From assembly GCA_008632985.1 (NCBI GenBank), contig QPGO01000074.1, forward strand, positions 62,001 through 126,000: a DNA stretch of 64,000 nt. Direction: 5' to 3'. Positions 36,745 to 50,069 of this stretch are shown piece by piece. The DNA comes from Psammoneis japonica (lineage: Eukaryota). Every line of letters begins with the position of its first letter. The stretch's first letter is position 1. Position numbers and translations under genes: made by a program. The notes beneath the pieces were generated by a model that did not search any database, had not been told where the DNA came from, and saw only the letters and a list, made by a program, of their open reading frames with translations.

Positions 36745-39700
36745 TGTGAGCAATGGCAACACCCATGAAATTGCTGCAAATGTGCTCAATGACACTCAAA
36801 ACATCATCCATGCCTTCTTCCAACTTTGAGGTGTTCTGGGTTGCAGCGAAGCCATTCCCAACTTGCAGGATGTCAGTGTCTGGGCTTTGGACATCTCTGA
36901 GTGCTTGGCTGGCCAGTCGACTCAGGATCTGGAGACCAACATCAGTCGTGTCCCCCCCCCTGGAACTTTTGGCAGCAAGTGCTTGCTCTGTCAGCTTGCT
37001 GCAGAGTCAGGTGCCACTTTGGCGACTGGCAAGCACCCAGCTGAATCACCCCCTGCTGCAGCATCTCCATCCAAGAAGCTTTGTTGCAAACAGACATTGA
37101 CTTGTGCAAGAAGGATGGGTCTCCCAGCTGTCTCTGGAAATCCTTGCCAGCCTCCCATCACCCTGGTTGTGGCCAAGAAAAGCGCAGATTCAAGCACTGA
37201 AGAGCACCTGTGTCCTTGCTTCTTGACACGCGGTGCTCACTGCAGCCATCAGAAATGCGGCAAGCCCCACACTGCAAACTTGTGTGCAACCTCCCCGATG
37301 GGAAGTGTGGCGAGTTGATCAATTTCGTCAATGATGCTGGCAACCTCTTTTGCTGAGAGAAAGGGCCCCAGCGGCGCATCTGCTCAGTCTCATCTTTTGA
37401 CAAACTGGCAAACCTTCTGTTTTAAAATGTCACCTCACACTGAAATTCCTTTGGTTTTTTTTCAACCTTGCTCCTCCAGCTTGAATTGTTGACTTGGCTG
37501 TTGCAAATTCTTCAGGCAAAACCGTGGGTGCAAAATGGGACCCAGGATGCAGCCCCTCTGCTTCCTGCTGGAAACAAGCAGATGCCATCTGACTTGCTTG
37601 GTTCAGCACCTCAAGATGTCCCAGATGCAGCACCTGTCTCTTTGGATGAAATCAAAGAGCTTCGCCCTGTTCTGCCCCCCATGAATTGACCAAGTGCCTT
37701 GCCATGCCATTGCAGCTCTTCCCCTGGCTTTTCCTCTCCCTCCAGGTTGTTCCTTTCCTCTGGAGCTCATTCCTGGAAACAATTGTCCTGGTTTGGCCGC
37801 TGAGTTTCCGACGCCAAGTGTGTGGCAGAAGGCCATTGGCTGCATCCAACAGCACAACGTGGGTTGTTCTCTCAACCAAGGAAGACCTCGTTTTGATCAA
37901 GCTGCCAATGGTCCACAAGTTGTTGATGATTTCATGAACCTCAACATCCACAACTGTGGTGACAACAATTTTCAGGTGGCTGCACTCTTTTTGGACGGTT
38001 GTGCAAGTGTCCAAACTGCAATCAGGACATTTTCCAACTTGACCTGCCTGGCAGCAGACTCTTGGGGCCATGGTTCAAGGTCCTGCTCCAAACAATGCAA
38101 ACAGAGTTCAGGCAGGTGCAGCTGCAGTTGCTCAAGGCCCTGTTGCTGTCAACGTCAATGCCCTGAGACCAAGAAGGACAAGGATCTCAGGAAGAGGGCT
38201 GCTGACATTCAGCCTTGGTGCTCTTTGTCCTTTTGCCAAAAGGCAGCAGGTTCTGACACCATTGCTGTTGGTGAGCTCAAGCCAGTTTCATTGATGCTCT
38301 CCAGGAATTGAGTGAGACCAAAAAGGCTTGTTGTTGCAGCTCTCAACAGCCAGAAATCAATGAATGTCTTTGATCAAGTTGTTGCCTTTTGCCCAGCTTG
38401 TGCAAGACTTTCCCCAAATGCTTTGGTCATGATGTGTCTTGCTGACTTCAACATCATGAACTTCCTCATTCCCTGTGTGGACAATGCGGAATGTTCCCAG
38501 AAGGTTGAGGAAGGCCAGGAGATTTCCAAGCATTCTCTTGCTGTGGATTCCAAGAACAGGGCTGCTGAGTCAATGAAGAAATCTGCCCTCTACAACAAAG
38601 GTCATGACCGTGACTCCTCAGATGTTGTGTCTGCTCTTGCTGACTTCAGGCTCATCTTTGATGCTCTCATTGAGAACTTTGATGCAACAGCTCTTCAGCA
38701 ACAGCTTCTCCACCATTGCCGCATGGCCTTTGGCGAGAGTGGCAAGCAATGGATCACGAGCAACGGCAACACTCATGAAATTGCTGCAAACATGCTCAAC
38801 AACATTCAAAACATCATCTGCACTTTCTTCCAACTTGGAGGCATCCCAGATTGCCACGAGGCTGTTTGCAACTTGCAGGATGTCAGTGTCTCCAGGCTCT
38901 GGATGTCTCCGAGTGCTTGACCAATCAGTCGATTCATGATCTGGAGACCAACATCAGTGGTGGTCCCCCTGGAACCTTTGACAGCAAGTGCTTGCTCCGT
39001 CAGCTCACTGCAGAGTCAAACACTGCACCCAACACTCTGAGCCTTAAAAAGCTCAATCTTCTCATTTCTTTTCTTTGGGATTTGCTTGGATGCAAATGTG
39101 ACACAAGAGCCCTCACTGTTGGCATGGTGGCTCACAACTTGCACAAGCTTTTGATCATCCTTGGGGATTGGCTTGCATGACAACCGCATCAGTTGGTGGA
39201 CATGTTGTCTCCACCATGCCTGCTGGAATTCTACACATGTTGCTGCCCCTGTGCTCATTGCTGGCTCTTCCTTCTTCAGAACATTTTCAATGCAGACTTG
39301 GTTGCTCATTGTCTTGTCGCACAGTGGATGTTTGAATGACAAGGCAAGAAGGAGCAAACTTTGGACCAACTTCCTTGCAAGCTGCACCACTGTGTGTCTT
39401 CCATTCTCTCTTGGGAAAAAGCACAATTTGTCTGCCATGTGCACTTTGAGACTCCAGCATCAGAGCCTCTGCATTGGGCCATCTGCTGTTTGGTCAAGCA
39501 TCTCAAGTCAACTCCCCAACCAACAGGAGGCACAGATTGGAACTGTCATCCCACGTGACCCGCGAAGGCTTGAATTCTTCCCCAGATTCCAGAGACTGTG
39601 TTGTGATGAATGCTCTTGAATTTGTGGTGTCTGTCCTTGTCTTGGTGGGGATTGTTGCTTTTGTGGAGTCCATTGATGAACCCTTAGATCCAGAGTGCTG

Positions 39701-41654
39701 GTGAGGGCACTGTTCCTCTTGCAATTCCCAAGAACTTGGTTGTCCTGCAAAAACAGACAACTGGACTAGTTCTGGTTGACAAAATCGTCAGACTGCTTGG
39801 TCTCTTTGGGGGGCAGCAGATGCTTTGCATTTGTCTGCACTTTGCACTTGTGCCAGAATTGGCCCCAACTTGCAGGGCAAGCACTGTGAGCTGGCATCAA
39901 CACGCAATTGGCAAATGACATTGCCCATCCATCTACCCTCACCTCCCTCATTCTGTCCATGTTGCTCAGCCTAAAGACTTGGACCTTTTTCTTCCTGAGT
40001 CAAGAACTGCCACAGCCAATTTACTCTTGGTTGTTCTCCAAGTCATGGCCGGCCCCTGTGCAGACCCCACCGCACTTGGGATGGCTCGTGCACAATGCAC
40101 CCACTGTTTCAAATTCACCAAAGATGTGAAATGGAATTTGGATGACCCAGAGATGCTCGTGGAAGATCTTCCAGAGCATTGCTGCCAGCTGCAGCTTGCC
40201 ATGCATGCCTTGCATGTTGCAGCATGGGTTGACTCTGTTTTTTGTAAACAACTCAAGTTGGATTCTGTCCTGTGTTGAGTCAGAGATGTTGCAAAATTCA
40301 CTCATCTGTTTGGTTGCTGTTGTGATCATTGCTGTGACCAACCTTCCAACACTGGAATGGGCAAGATCTTCACAGCCATTGAGCAGGAGCTTGAGCAATG
40401 CAATGCAGCTCCAAATCATTGTGAAAGTTTCAGTGCTGAGATGCTCACCAAGTTGAAAGCTCGTGCTGATGCTCAGCATGCAGTGGATCCGGACAGCCTT
40501 GCTGGCACCAGGTGTGCCTTTTTGTGGTGCCCATCTCCAAGAATGGGTGCAGATGGCCAGTTGCTCCAGCCTGGTGTGTGTGGTGCCTTGACAGCATCTG
40601 CACTGAAGCTGGAGACTGTCAATGCCTCACCAATGCTGACACTTTGCACATCTTGGCTGAGTCCATGTCAAAGATGTGGGCATGGTGCTGGTGCAGACAG
40701 AAGAATGGCCAGCATGGCAAAGAGAAACTCTTCACTCTGAATCTTTGCCATGGAGGTCTTGATTTGGTCAAGCCCATGTGCCGCATCATTGAGTGGTTTG
40801 TCTGCCTTCGCAGTGCATCTGACACAACAACTCTGCTGTCATTGTGTGAGCCCATGGGCAAGGAGATTGAACTCATTGCCGCCAAGGCAATCAAGAAAGA
40901 CATGCATGAAGTGGCCCCAAGGTGTGTAAACTTGATCCGGTCAAGGACAAAAAGGCTGTCAAGTGATGGTCATCCCACTTGCTTCATGTCGAAGCCTGCT
41001 CAGTGCTCCATCAATTGGCTTTGGCACAGAAGCCATCCAGTGCTCTTGCACTGGCATTCAACTGCCTTCACGGCATGTCTTAGAAACTCTGCGTTGTTGG
41101 TGGACCACCAAGGCAGAGCTCTTGACCGCTCGGCGGCCATGCCCCACCTTTTGTAAATTTTTCAAAATTGTTTGTTGAAATTTTGTCTTTCTCATTTGTT
41201 TCTGGTTTGTTGACATGTTCGCATGTTTTGACCAGTTGTCTGGGCCACACTCATGAGCACTGGGATCTCAGCCCACCCGTCACATGTGGACTCCACTTTG
41301 GCATTGTTTTCAATTGAGCACAACAAGGCAGTTGGCATTGGCGCAAATGTGAGGTGACCTCCATGCTCCAAACCCACCCTGATTGGATGGTGTCATCTGT
41401 GTCGTGTGCATTCTTGAAGGTGCAAATGTGCTTTCATGACTCATTTTGAACTGTCCAATGGCTCTTGATGTGTTCCTGGGCCTTGGAACACGTCTTTGTG
41501 ACAATTTTCTTTTTCAGCGATTTGACACCTCACATTTGGAGGTCAATTCCATGGTTTAGATTCCATTTTTCTCTTTTTTTCTGGCTGGCTCTGATGCCTC
41601 CGATGACATGGGCACGCACACCGCACTTCGCACAATGCGTTGGCAGCCATCTGG

Positions 41655-42205
41655 TCTGTTCATGCATTGCTGGGGAACAAAATGGACGCAGCTAGATCTG
41701 CAGATTTGTCCCCCTTTTTCTGGCTGTTGTCTCAGCAGCATCACGTGAACACACATGTTTGCACATGTTCTGTGCATTGGATGTGTTCATGCATTGATTG
41801 TTGAGGCCATTTGGCAGCTCTGCACTGTGACACGTCATCGGCGGCATTGCACAGCCAAGCCAAGGCGGTGGCAGGGAATGTGCGATTTTTGGTGCCAAGA
41901 CAGCAGGCGAAGCACAAGGAGAGGACACCTTGCAGGCAGCTGCACTTTTGGAGGAGTCACCATGTGACAGCAGCACGCAGTTGAAGGTGGATGGACAGAC
42001 AACAGACAATGATGAGAGGCCGCCCCAGTTCCTCTCATTGTTCTTGGCCGGCAATCAGCAAAACAATGGGGTCAGATGCAGTGCCCCCTTGTGGGTCCAT
42101 GACACTGAAAAATTCCCACCCAGCCCATCCCTCTGTTCGTGCAATGCTGGGGAACAAAATGGATGGAACTGGATCTGCAGATTTGTTCCCCTTTTTCCCG
42201 CTGCT
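41655..42205. repeat. Short direct repeat (~41655-41730 and ~42133-42205)
   Basis: tgctggggaacaaaatgga....ct.gatctgcagatttgt.ccccttttt occurs twice. Confidence 0.75.
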
Positions 42206-42656
42206 GTGAAACATCACAGCTGAGCCACTCGGCTTGACCCACCACGCTTCCACTCCATCACAGTGGGGCCTTCAAAGCCTGAGCCTTGCAATCACTAAAT
42301 CACTGGCTGACCAATTGACCCGCTGCTCCACCAAACTACAATCCCAACTCTCCAACCTCAATTCGAAATCCATCCCTTTTCCTGCCTACATGACGACTCA
42401 GTAAGTTCCACCCTTGCTCCGCGTCTGCCCCCCCCCCCCCCCCGCGCCACTGGGTTATTGTGCGATCTGCATGTAAGGTACCGCATGCATCGCCGACTTC
42501 TTTTTGATGGTAACGACATCGGGCTTGAAATTCAACGTTGCCCGATAGATCCATCAGTTCTTCACTGAGGCCTGCCTTTGATCGTTCGTTCGGTTTCGAC
42601 GGAACTTATCAAACTGTGAGAACATATTTTTGAAAGGCTTGAGCTGTTTCGCTGCG

Positions 42657-43820
42657 ATGGAAGTTGGACAACACAGTGCGTGCAACAAGAGGAAGAGGCC
42701 TCTGCCGTCCTCAGACCGTGAGTCAGTCGAGGAGGAGGACCAATCGAATGCCGAAATTGCTGTCCTAAGATCAGTGCTGCTCAACGATGAGTCGTCCAAG
42801 CATCAAATTCTTTCACTAATTTTTGCGTTTGCCAGCTACACACAACTGGCACGACAGCTCCCGCTGGTGTGCAGATTGTGGAAACGGACATCCAATCTAA
42901 ATGTCGTCTGGGAGCATCATCTTGAGTCCATCCAAACGTCCAATCATGCCGCACCGGAATACTTTCAAGGCCCACCAGTGTTTGGCAACCCCCGGCACTT
43001 TCAATCCTGGAAAAATGTTAGGCCAACTTCTGAGTCAAACAATGAGCAACATGACCAAGGCGACAATCGCATGACCAAAGATTTGTTCCAGCGAGTATAC
43101 CGAGAATGTGCTCTCTGCTCTGGATTCTTTAATGGGACTGAACGACCTATTCCACCTCTGGACCTTGATTTGATGCAACAGCTCCAACGCTTTGAAAAGG
43201 CAAATGACTTGGAGCTACCACTCACCATTCGTCTCTTTATCGGTCGCTCCAGAATCGACCGCCTTGTTTACCATCTCGGTACAGCAAACTTGGATTACGA
43301 GAATCTGGAGTATCTACTCTTTGAGGAGAGCAAGGTACTCTTGCCACTCCTCATGGATGAGCAGGGGTGTTGGACTCTCTTTTGCATGTTTGAAAAACTA
43401 GCCGGCCATCATGCTAGTAGGAATGAACTCTCCTGGTTGGATCCACCCGTGTACAGCCTGTCCAATGAGCCTTTTCTTTGGAACGGCCAAGGTCCTCGTA
43501 TCAACCAAGACTTGACGCAACAGCTTCGGCAACACCTGGTTTTGGAAAACTCACGGTTTTCCGTCTATATGGGACAGTACGCGTTAGAATCGCGGGATTG
43601 GGGTTTTCTCGAAGAAAACGAAATAGACGAGGCATCGAGTAGGCCTAGCTCCGGGCAAGAGACTGACCCGTACGATACTCATGATGCAAGAGTAGCCCCG
43701 AATGACGACGACTCGGTCGGCGGTGCACCCGAATACGATGATTTTGGCATTACCCGATCAACGATGCAGGACACTAGCTCGGACGAGGAAGTTGAATGGG
43801 ATGGCTCATTGACATCGTGA
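42657..43820 (+). CDS. F-box protein with SMI1/KNR4-like segment and acidic tail
   Basis: ILSLIFAFASYTQLARQLPLVCRLWKR...VVW (F-box); LQRFEKANDLELPLTIRLF. Confidence 0.7.
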   Translation: MEVGQHSACNKRKRPLPSSDRESVEEEDQSNAEIAVLRSVLLNDESSKHQILSLIFAFASYTQLARQLPLVCRLWKRTSNLNVVWEHHLESIQTSNHAAPEYFQGPPVFGNPRHFQSWKNVRPTSESNNEQHDQGDNRMTKDLFQRVYRECALCSGFFNGTERPIPPLDLDLMQQLQRFEKANDLELPLTIRLFIGRSRIDRLVYHLGTANLDYENLEYLLFEESKVLLPLLMDEQGCWTLFCMFEKLAGHHASRNELSWLDPPVYSLSNEPFLWNGQGPRINQDLTQQLRQHLVLENSRFSVYMGQYALESRDWGFLEENEIDEASSRPSSGQETDPYDTHDARVAPNDDDSVGGAPEYDDFGITRSTMQDTSSDEEVEWDGSLTS

Positions 43821-44013
43821 AGATGTGGTACTGAATTCAGCGGCTCTGGACAGGACATAGCGCTTCAAGAAAAGAAACAATCGCTATATCGACAGCGGGG
43901 CCTCGCCTCTCACCAGAGACACTCTAGAGAGGCTAATCGGCGTAGGACATGAAGACATCAATCCAGCAAATAGACTTGACTGTCGATTGAGAGATGAACG
44001 TAATTGCGAAGAA

Positions 44014-44447
44014 CACTCGTACTTGAAGAGAACGGTGCCCAAGAGTCGATACAGCAGGCGCAGAAAGTGATCTTCGGCTTCCATTTGCATAAAAACAGTT
44101 CGTTTGCAAGCAAAGAACGACCATTGGAACAAACGCTACCACTAGATGATGTTTATGTAGACTAGTCACAGTCTCCTTTGTCGTCTGGTTTGTTGTCGAT
44201 CGAGCAGCTTGAGCCAGTCTGCAAATTTGCAAAGCATACTTGTACTAGAAGAGAACGGTACCCAAGAGTCGATGCGGCAGGCAGGAAGTGATCTTCGGCT
44301 TCCATTTGCGTATAACTAGTTCGTTTGCAAACAAAGAACGATCGTTGCAACGTACACTAAATTAGGATGGTATTTATATAGACAATTCACAGCCTACTTT
44401 GTCGTCTGGGTTGTCATCGATCGAGCAGCATAAGCAAGTTTGCAAAC
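44014..44447. repeat. Tandem duplication (~222-bp unit) of the MYND gene 3' end and UTR
   Basis: gaagagaacggt.cccaagagtcgat...tttgtcgtctgg.ttgt..tcgatcgagcagc occurs twice. TA is retained in both copies. Confidence 0.85.
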
Positions 44448-45032
44448 TCGCTTGTGCTCCTTCCAAGAACGTCGTTGACAATCTTTGCTGCAAAACTCGG
44501 CAGAATGACAACGACCGCACAACAACATTTTATTCTTGGTGAGCACCTTGGAACAGCAATCGCACTGTCGCGTCCTTGGCTGGGCTTTAAGTTTGGCCTT
44601 GAGTTTATCTAGACAATTACAGGGGATCCGTCGAGAAGCATACCTTACGGCGGAGAGTTTCGAACCAGTAATTCTTCCAAAGACGTCATTGGATTCCACG
44701 AGCTTCCTCATTAACTCTTCCTGGGACATGTTGGGTTTTCGCAACTCATCATATGTCTCAAACTCCCAGCAAATCTGTAGTACGGTTTGTTGATAATCAT
44801 TAAGGCTTTTTGCTTCGGTGTTTTCTAGCAAACTGTCCGTCACAACTCGCAGCGCCATTTTCTTGACAGCTTCATCTGGAGGTGGTTGTCCTTCTGATAC
44901 GAGTTTGTCAATAAAAGGTTTTGAACTAAAATGTCTCGGAAAGGCCTCCATCACTTTCATCAAGTACAACATTGCACGTTGATTTTCGGCGTCACTGCCG
45001 CTGCCGTGGCTACAAGACGAGTGCGGGGCCAT
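44394..45032 (-). CDS. MYND zinc-finger protein (5' end uncertain)
   Basis: RRIPCNCL and CDCC...CGRCHSAEFCSKDCQRRSWKEHKRVC. Confidence 0.8.
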   Translation of the reverse strand: MAPHSSCSHGSGSDAENQRAMLYLMKVMEAFPRHFSSKPFIDKLVSEGQPPPDEAVKKMALRVVTDSLLENTEAKSLNDYQQTVLQICWEFETYDELRKPNMSQEELMRKLVESNDVFGRITGSKLSAVRYASRRIPCNCLDKLKAKLKAQPRTRQCDCCSKVLTKNKMLLCGRCHSAEFCSKDCQRRSWKEHKRVCKLAYAARSMTTQTTK

Positions 45033-45719
45033 GTTTGCGTTGCGCAGTTCGGGACGAGAGAAGCTCACTTTTCGGGTCTGGTGTGAGAGCGAGTTTGGGC
45101 TGTTCGACTATTGACTATATTATTGAGGGCCTACTACCTGATATCCTCCCGGCTGTGTCCTGTGTCCGTCGTTCAACATCATCACAGATCACAGGCAGGC
45201 AAGATGGTATTATTTTTCGTGTTTCGTCAGAAGATAGAGAGTCTAAAAGTCACGCATCAGACAGAAGCCGGGCGAGTGCCAGACATTTTGGCGGGAAAAC
45301 CAACACAGACATTTTGAGCCTACATTTATATCTGGTACAGTTTCTACAGATTCCCACTTTACTTAGACGAAGGCGTTAGTTCAAATAAAATAGGATATTC
45401 AAGAATGAAGCTTTAATTTAAGCGTTGGACGATAAACGCACATTCGTCATGCCTTTTCAACGTTTATGAAAAGTATCCGAGCCCGTAGGTCATATTAAAT
45501 CAATTCAAAAAAAAGCCTGACGACATTGTACGACATCCAAGAAATTGCGGGAAAGCCACTCCCCTTCGCTCGACACCGTCAAGCGACACCACACCATCAT
45601 TTCAAGATTTTACATCGAACATCATTGCCAGATGGTACTGCATTCAACAAAGATCTAAACCTCCTCGACTCATTCTCGCTTTATTACGATTACTTGTGTG
45701 TTCTTGTTGTTGCGCAACC

Positions 45720-48700
45720 ATGTCGACACAGTCAACCGAGGTGGTGTCATCGAGCGTCGCAGGGGATTCCTCTTCGTTCAACAATGCTGGAGTTTCTGTG
45801 AGTTCCAGCTTGGAGCGAAAGATGGAACTCCTAGAAGAACGCTTTACCAGACGCTCCTCTAATGCAGCAGCATCACCAGAGACCATATTATCAATACACT
45901 CATCCGCTACTTCCTCGCATTCGGAAAAATCACATCATTCCTTTTCGTTCGACCTACCAACAGCATCCCGATCGAGTTCTGTTGGAATTGATTCCAATTT
46001 GAGTACAGCGTCAAACTTACCATCATCGTCAATAAGATCTAGAAGACGGCCATCCAGATCGAATTCGCTTCGAGCGGTAAGTATGGCGGCTGAAAAACAA
46101 ATGCAAAAGGTTCGAACGACGTCGGTTACTTCTCCTTTGATGTCCATACGGGCCGCATCTCCGCATCTCCCCTTTATGGTACAAGAACAGGAGAGATCTC
46201 AATCCATGTCGAACTTACCGTCGCCATCCATGTCTAATGCTTCTGGTTACTCGAACCAGACCATGCAGACATCTCATCGTGCAAAGCGCACCGCACCACC
46301 ACAAGCGGCGGCTCAAGTCGTGGCAGAGTCGCCTCCGACACTCTTATCGCCAAAGCCTGGTAGGAATACGACAAACAAGGGTCAAGCAACGGCACCAACC
46401 AAAGACAACGCTTCTTCTATGCCAAGATCAGTTCTTGGAACGGTAAGTACCATAATCCGCATATCATGGAGGAGTCGTGACTTGCGTTTTGTGCAAAAAT
46501 GTGCATTTTCTCGCATAATGTCTCGTGCGTTTTTGTCAATTTCGTTTTACGTGTCGGCGTCAAGTTTTCTTACACTTTCTGTTCTTCTTTCATCTTTGTT
46601 CCTTGTATCGCTTCACCATGGTTCGACAACGACAGCAAAAGACCGATAAGCGCAAGTCTGTTCCCATGAAGCGACCGGCACCGTCCGTGACGGATAAGAA
46701 ATCGACGTTGCTTAGCAGCAAGAGTTCTCCGGCGGTCGCAGAGAATGGACGCAAACGGGGCCGTCTTTCTGATGGTCCGCGAATGTTCATTTCACCCAAG
46801 GGCCATCAGAATTCTCTCGACGGTCATTCAAGAGACCCCTCCAATTCAGCCAAGGGTTCCTCCAAATCCAAGCCACCCAAGAACAATACTTTGATTAATG
46901 ATTTCTTTGCGATCGCCGTCAAGAAACCCAAGGCTGCTGAAAAGATGGAGGCTCCTCCTCCGGCTGCTGTTGCTGCCAAACCCGTCACGGCCAGTCGTCC
47001 GAGAATTTTGTCGTCGTTGGATGACACGTCGTCGTCGAGCAAGGACGGGGTTGCAACGAGATCAACGTCGTCGTCAAGAGAGTTGGATCGGATGCGAAGC
47101 AAACTGGAGCAACTACAACAATCGTACAACGACAAGGATGAGCAACTCAAGGCGGTGGCGAATAATCAAACCATTATGCATACAGCCATCAAGGCAGCTC
47201 TGAGTCAACGAGAAAAGGAATTAGAAGAGGTAAAGGCTGCTTCGGAACGAAAAGCAGCCATTACCGCGCGTGCAGTCGAAACACTTGTGCGTGCCGAAAG
47301 CGCCACCGAAGCTAGAGAATTGCGGGAAAAGCTTGCTCTCAATTGTGCACGGTTGGGGAGAATTGTCTATACCCGGGCCGGGATGCGTGCGGTCGAGAGC
47401 TGGGAAGATGGGTACGCGTCCAAGAATCTGAGGAAGCGACGGGCCGAATTGAGAGCAAAACGCGATACACTTGAAAAACGAAGGGATGCTGCTCGAGCGG
47501 CGGCAGAGGCTGTCAGGGACAATAAGGAAAACCAGGACAGCAGCGGCACAAGGGTGGGAGGGCTCTTGGTCGACGATGAGCTTGCGGCGATGGAAGCCTT
47601 GGAATCTGTTCGCTTGCACCTGGCAACGATAAAGCAAGAGGAGGCCGACCTTGCAGAGGAGGAACGCGCTCTTCACACGGAAAAGGGGATTCACATTCGA
47701 AGCTTGAAGCGAGTCGCCAGTGAAGATGCCTCGCGATTCAAGTCTCGACCAAAGGTAGGTCTCAGTTGGACTTACGAATCCATGTCGAATGCCATAGCAC
47801 ACGTGCTTGTCTCACACTGTATATATTGTCAACATCGATTTCAACTTCAGTTGCACGGTCGATACGTTTTGGTTACGCTACTTGGCAAAGGTGGCTTCTC
47901 GGAAGTTTGGCAAGCATACGATCTGGTGGAGCTGCGTGAGGTGGCTGTAAAGATTCATCAATTGGACCCGCGGTGGTCCGATGCAAAGAAAGAGAATTAC
48001 ACCAAACACGTGTCTCGGGAATACGAAATCCACCGCGACGTTCGTCACCCACGTATCGTCTCGTTATACGATGTCTTTGAGATTGACAACAACTCGTTTG
48101 CCACAGTTTTAGAACTGTGCAAAGGAACGGATTTGGATGCCTTGCTGAAAGAGAAGAAGAGGCTACCGGAACGAGACGCCCGAGCTATTTTGTTGCAGAT
48201 TCTATGTGGCATGAGATATTTGAGCCTCCCTTCTTCGGATGGGAGCAGACAGGGGATTATTCATTATGATTTGAAACCGGGAAACATTTTGTTTGATGAG
48301 TTTGGTGATGCAAAGATTACTGATTTTGGACTAAGCAAAATTGTCGAGAACGACCCGGCCGATAGTATGGAACTTACGAGCCAGGGCGCCGGCACATATT
48401 GGTATTTACCACCAGAGTGCTTTGTGACGAACCAGAGTGTTCGAATCAGGTATATTGATTTTTCTTGCTGTGCGTTCTCTTGAATGACCTTTTTTGGTTG
48501 GGAAAGCTAACTCTCGTTTTATCCGTTTGGCTCTTTCAGTAACAAGGTAGATGTGTTTTCGATCGGGGTCATTTACTATCAGATGCTCTTCGGAAGGCGT
48601 CCATTTGGTGATGGCCAGTCACAGGATAAGGTCCTGAGCAATCTGACAATGTTGAATGCTCGGGAGGTGAGGTTTCCTAGTGGCATACAAGTTTCCGACG

Positions 48701-48804
48701 AGTGCAAGGAGTTCATTCAGCAGTGTTTGACTTATGACCAAGCATTTAGGCCAACTATTGGTCAGCTTTGCCAAAGTCCGTACTTGATGAAGAAGAAAAT
48801 CTAA
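45720..48804 (+). CDS. TLK: Tousled-like Ser/Thr kinase (introns 46443-46635, 47755-47850, 48450-48539)
   Basis: Coiled coil with RLG...ESWEDG; LLGKGGFSEV, VAVKIHQL, IIHYDLKPGN, ELTSQGAGTYWYLPPECF, SNKVDVFS. Confidence 0.93.
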
Positions 48805-48853
48805 AATTAGATCTACCTTTCACAGTGTACGTTCCGTCTAACTTGTGTTTGAG

Positions 48854-50069
48854 TCACGCCTCACAAAATCCCACAACTACATCTGTAGCTACCTTGCCAA
48901 CGACATCCATTTTGTAACCTCCTTCCTGGATAAACACGGTTGGGATATCGCGAATCGTTCGGCCAATCGTTTGGCCCACTTTAGAAAAGTCATCACCGAT
49001 GAGCTTGAAGCCGGCTCGTCGAATGCTCACTTCGTCTCCTTCGTGCGTATCGAGACCTAGCGATACCACCAGCGCCTTTGCTCCAAAGTCAACAATTCTG
49101 TTCAAGCCCTGTTGTAATGCCACTTTGTAATCCTCCCATGTGGTGCCTGGAGATAGGGGCAAATGTAACGTAGTACCGACGCCGTCACCCGCTCCAGTTT
49201 GATCCGAGAAGCCACTATGAAACGGATAATCAAAGTCAGGGTCGCAGTGCAGTGAAACCACTAAAACAGTCGGATCCTCGTAAAAGATGGATGCTGTCCC
49301 ATTCCCACAGTGATAGTCTTCAATGTAACACAATGTATGAAAAAAGACTGTTGAGTAAGACTTCCAAATTACTTGTTTCTCAAGCCAGCCTTGTTCGACA
49401 CGTACCGACATCTAGAATTGCCACCTTGGAGCCGCCACCTAGCCGCGATTGAAGGCTCCGGGCGGCATAGGCTGCATGATTGATATAGCAGTATCCCCCA
49501 AAGCTATCATGAGCTGCATGGTGTCCAGGATGAGTTGTCACAGCATAACATGCACGTGATTGAAAGGATTCATGAACGGCTAAATTCACCACGGCCGCAT
49601 CCCACGTTAACTCCTCCTTTAAACGAGCAACAATCGGAGTGCACAAATCGGTGCAAAAATAAGCCACCTTTCCCATAACATTTTTGCTTGGACGTTGATG
49701 AGGACATCGAGGAAGCGGAACATTCAGCGGAACCAGTGGCGGAGGCACTCCCGGTGTGGTCTCTCGCAAGGCACAATCCGGATCTCTTCCGTCTCCAAGA
49801 TCTTCCCATTCTTTCCAGGCGGTCGTCAGAAACGCAAGCAGCCCTTTACTATGCACTGAATCATAATCGCGAATGGCGCCTGCTTGTGAACATGGTGGTG
49901 TCACGAATTTCACATTTGCTTGCGTTTGCCGTTGTCGCAAATGTTGCAAAATGAGTGCGCGACGATGCCGTGGGTGATTGTGAGTGTCGTTTGCATCCGC
50001 GTCCTTGTCGACCGAATCTAGAGGCTCCTCCGACTCAGAGGCACTCCTCGATACAACCACCAACTCCAT
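48854..50069 (-). CDS. Histone deacetylase superfamily / acetylpolyamine amidohydrolase-like protein (intron 49318-49405)
   Basis: PGHHA, GGYCYIN, spliced ILDVDYHCGNGT, VSLGLDT, QEGGY. Confidence 0.88.

Larger units (their letters stand above)
34550..41160 (+). mobile_element. Degenerate tyrosine-recombinase (DIRS/Ngaro-type) retrotransposon(s): duplicated gag-like region, RT/RNase H remnant, YR domain
   Basis: Gag-like copies at 35218-37009 and 37729-39018. LLGCKCDTRALTVG (RT), IGTVIPRDP (RNase H), QKNGQHGKE and LLHWHSTAFTACLRN (YR, cf. RWxSxAFxxYLR). Confidence 0.7.

Noticed and set aside
25850..42300. Dense overlapping Cys/His/Trp-rich ORFs in all six frames
   Set aside because: Loss of TA removes TAA/TAG stops and Tyr codons, inflating spurious ORFs. 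They are not novel metalloproteins.
47755..47850. 32-aa insertion in the TLK protein
   Set aside because: It is a stop-free 96-bp GT-AG intron.
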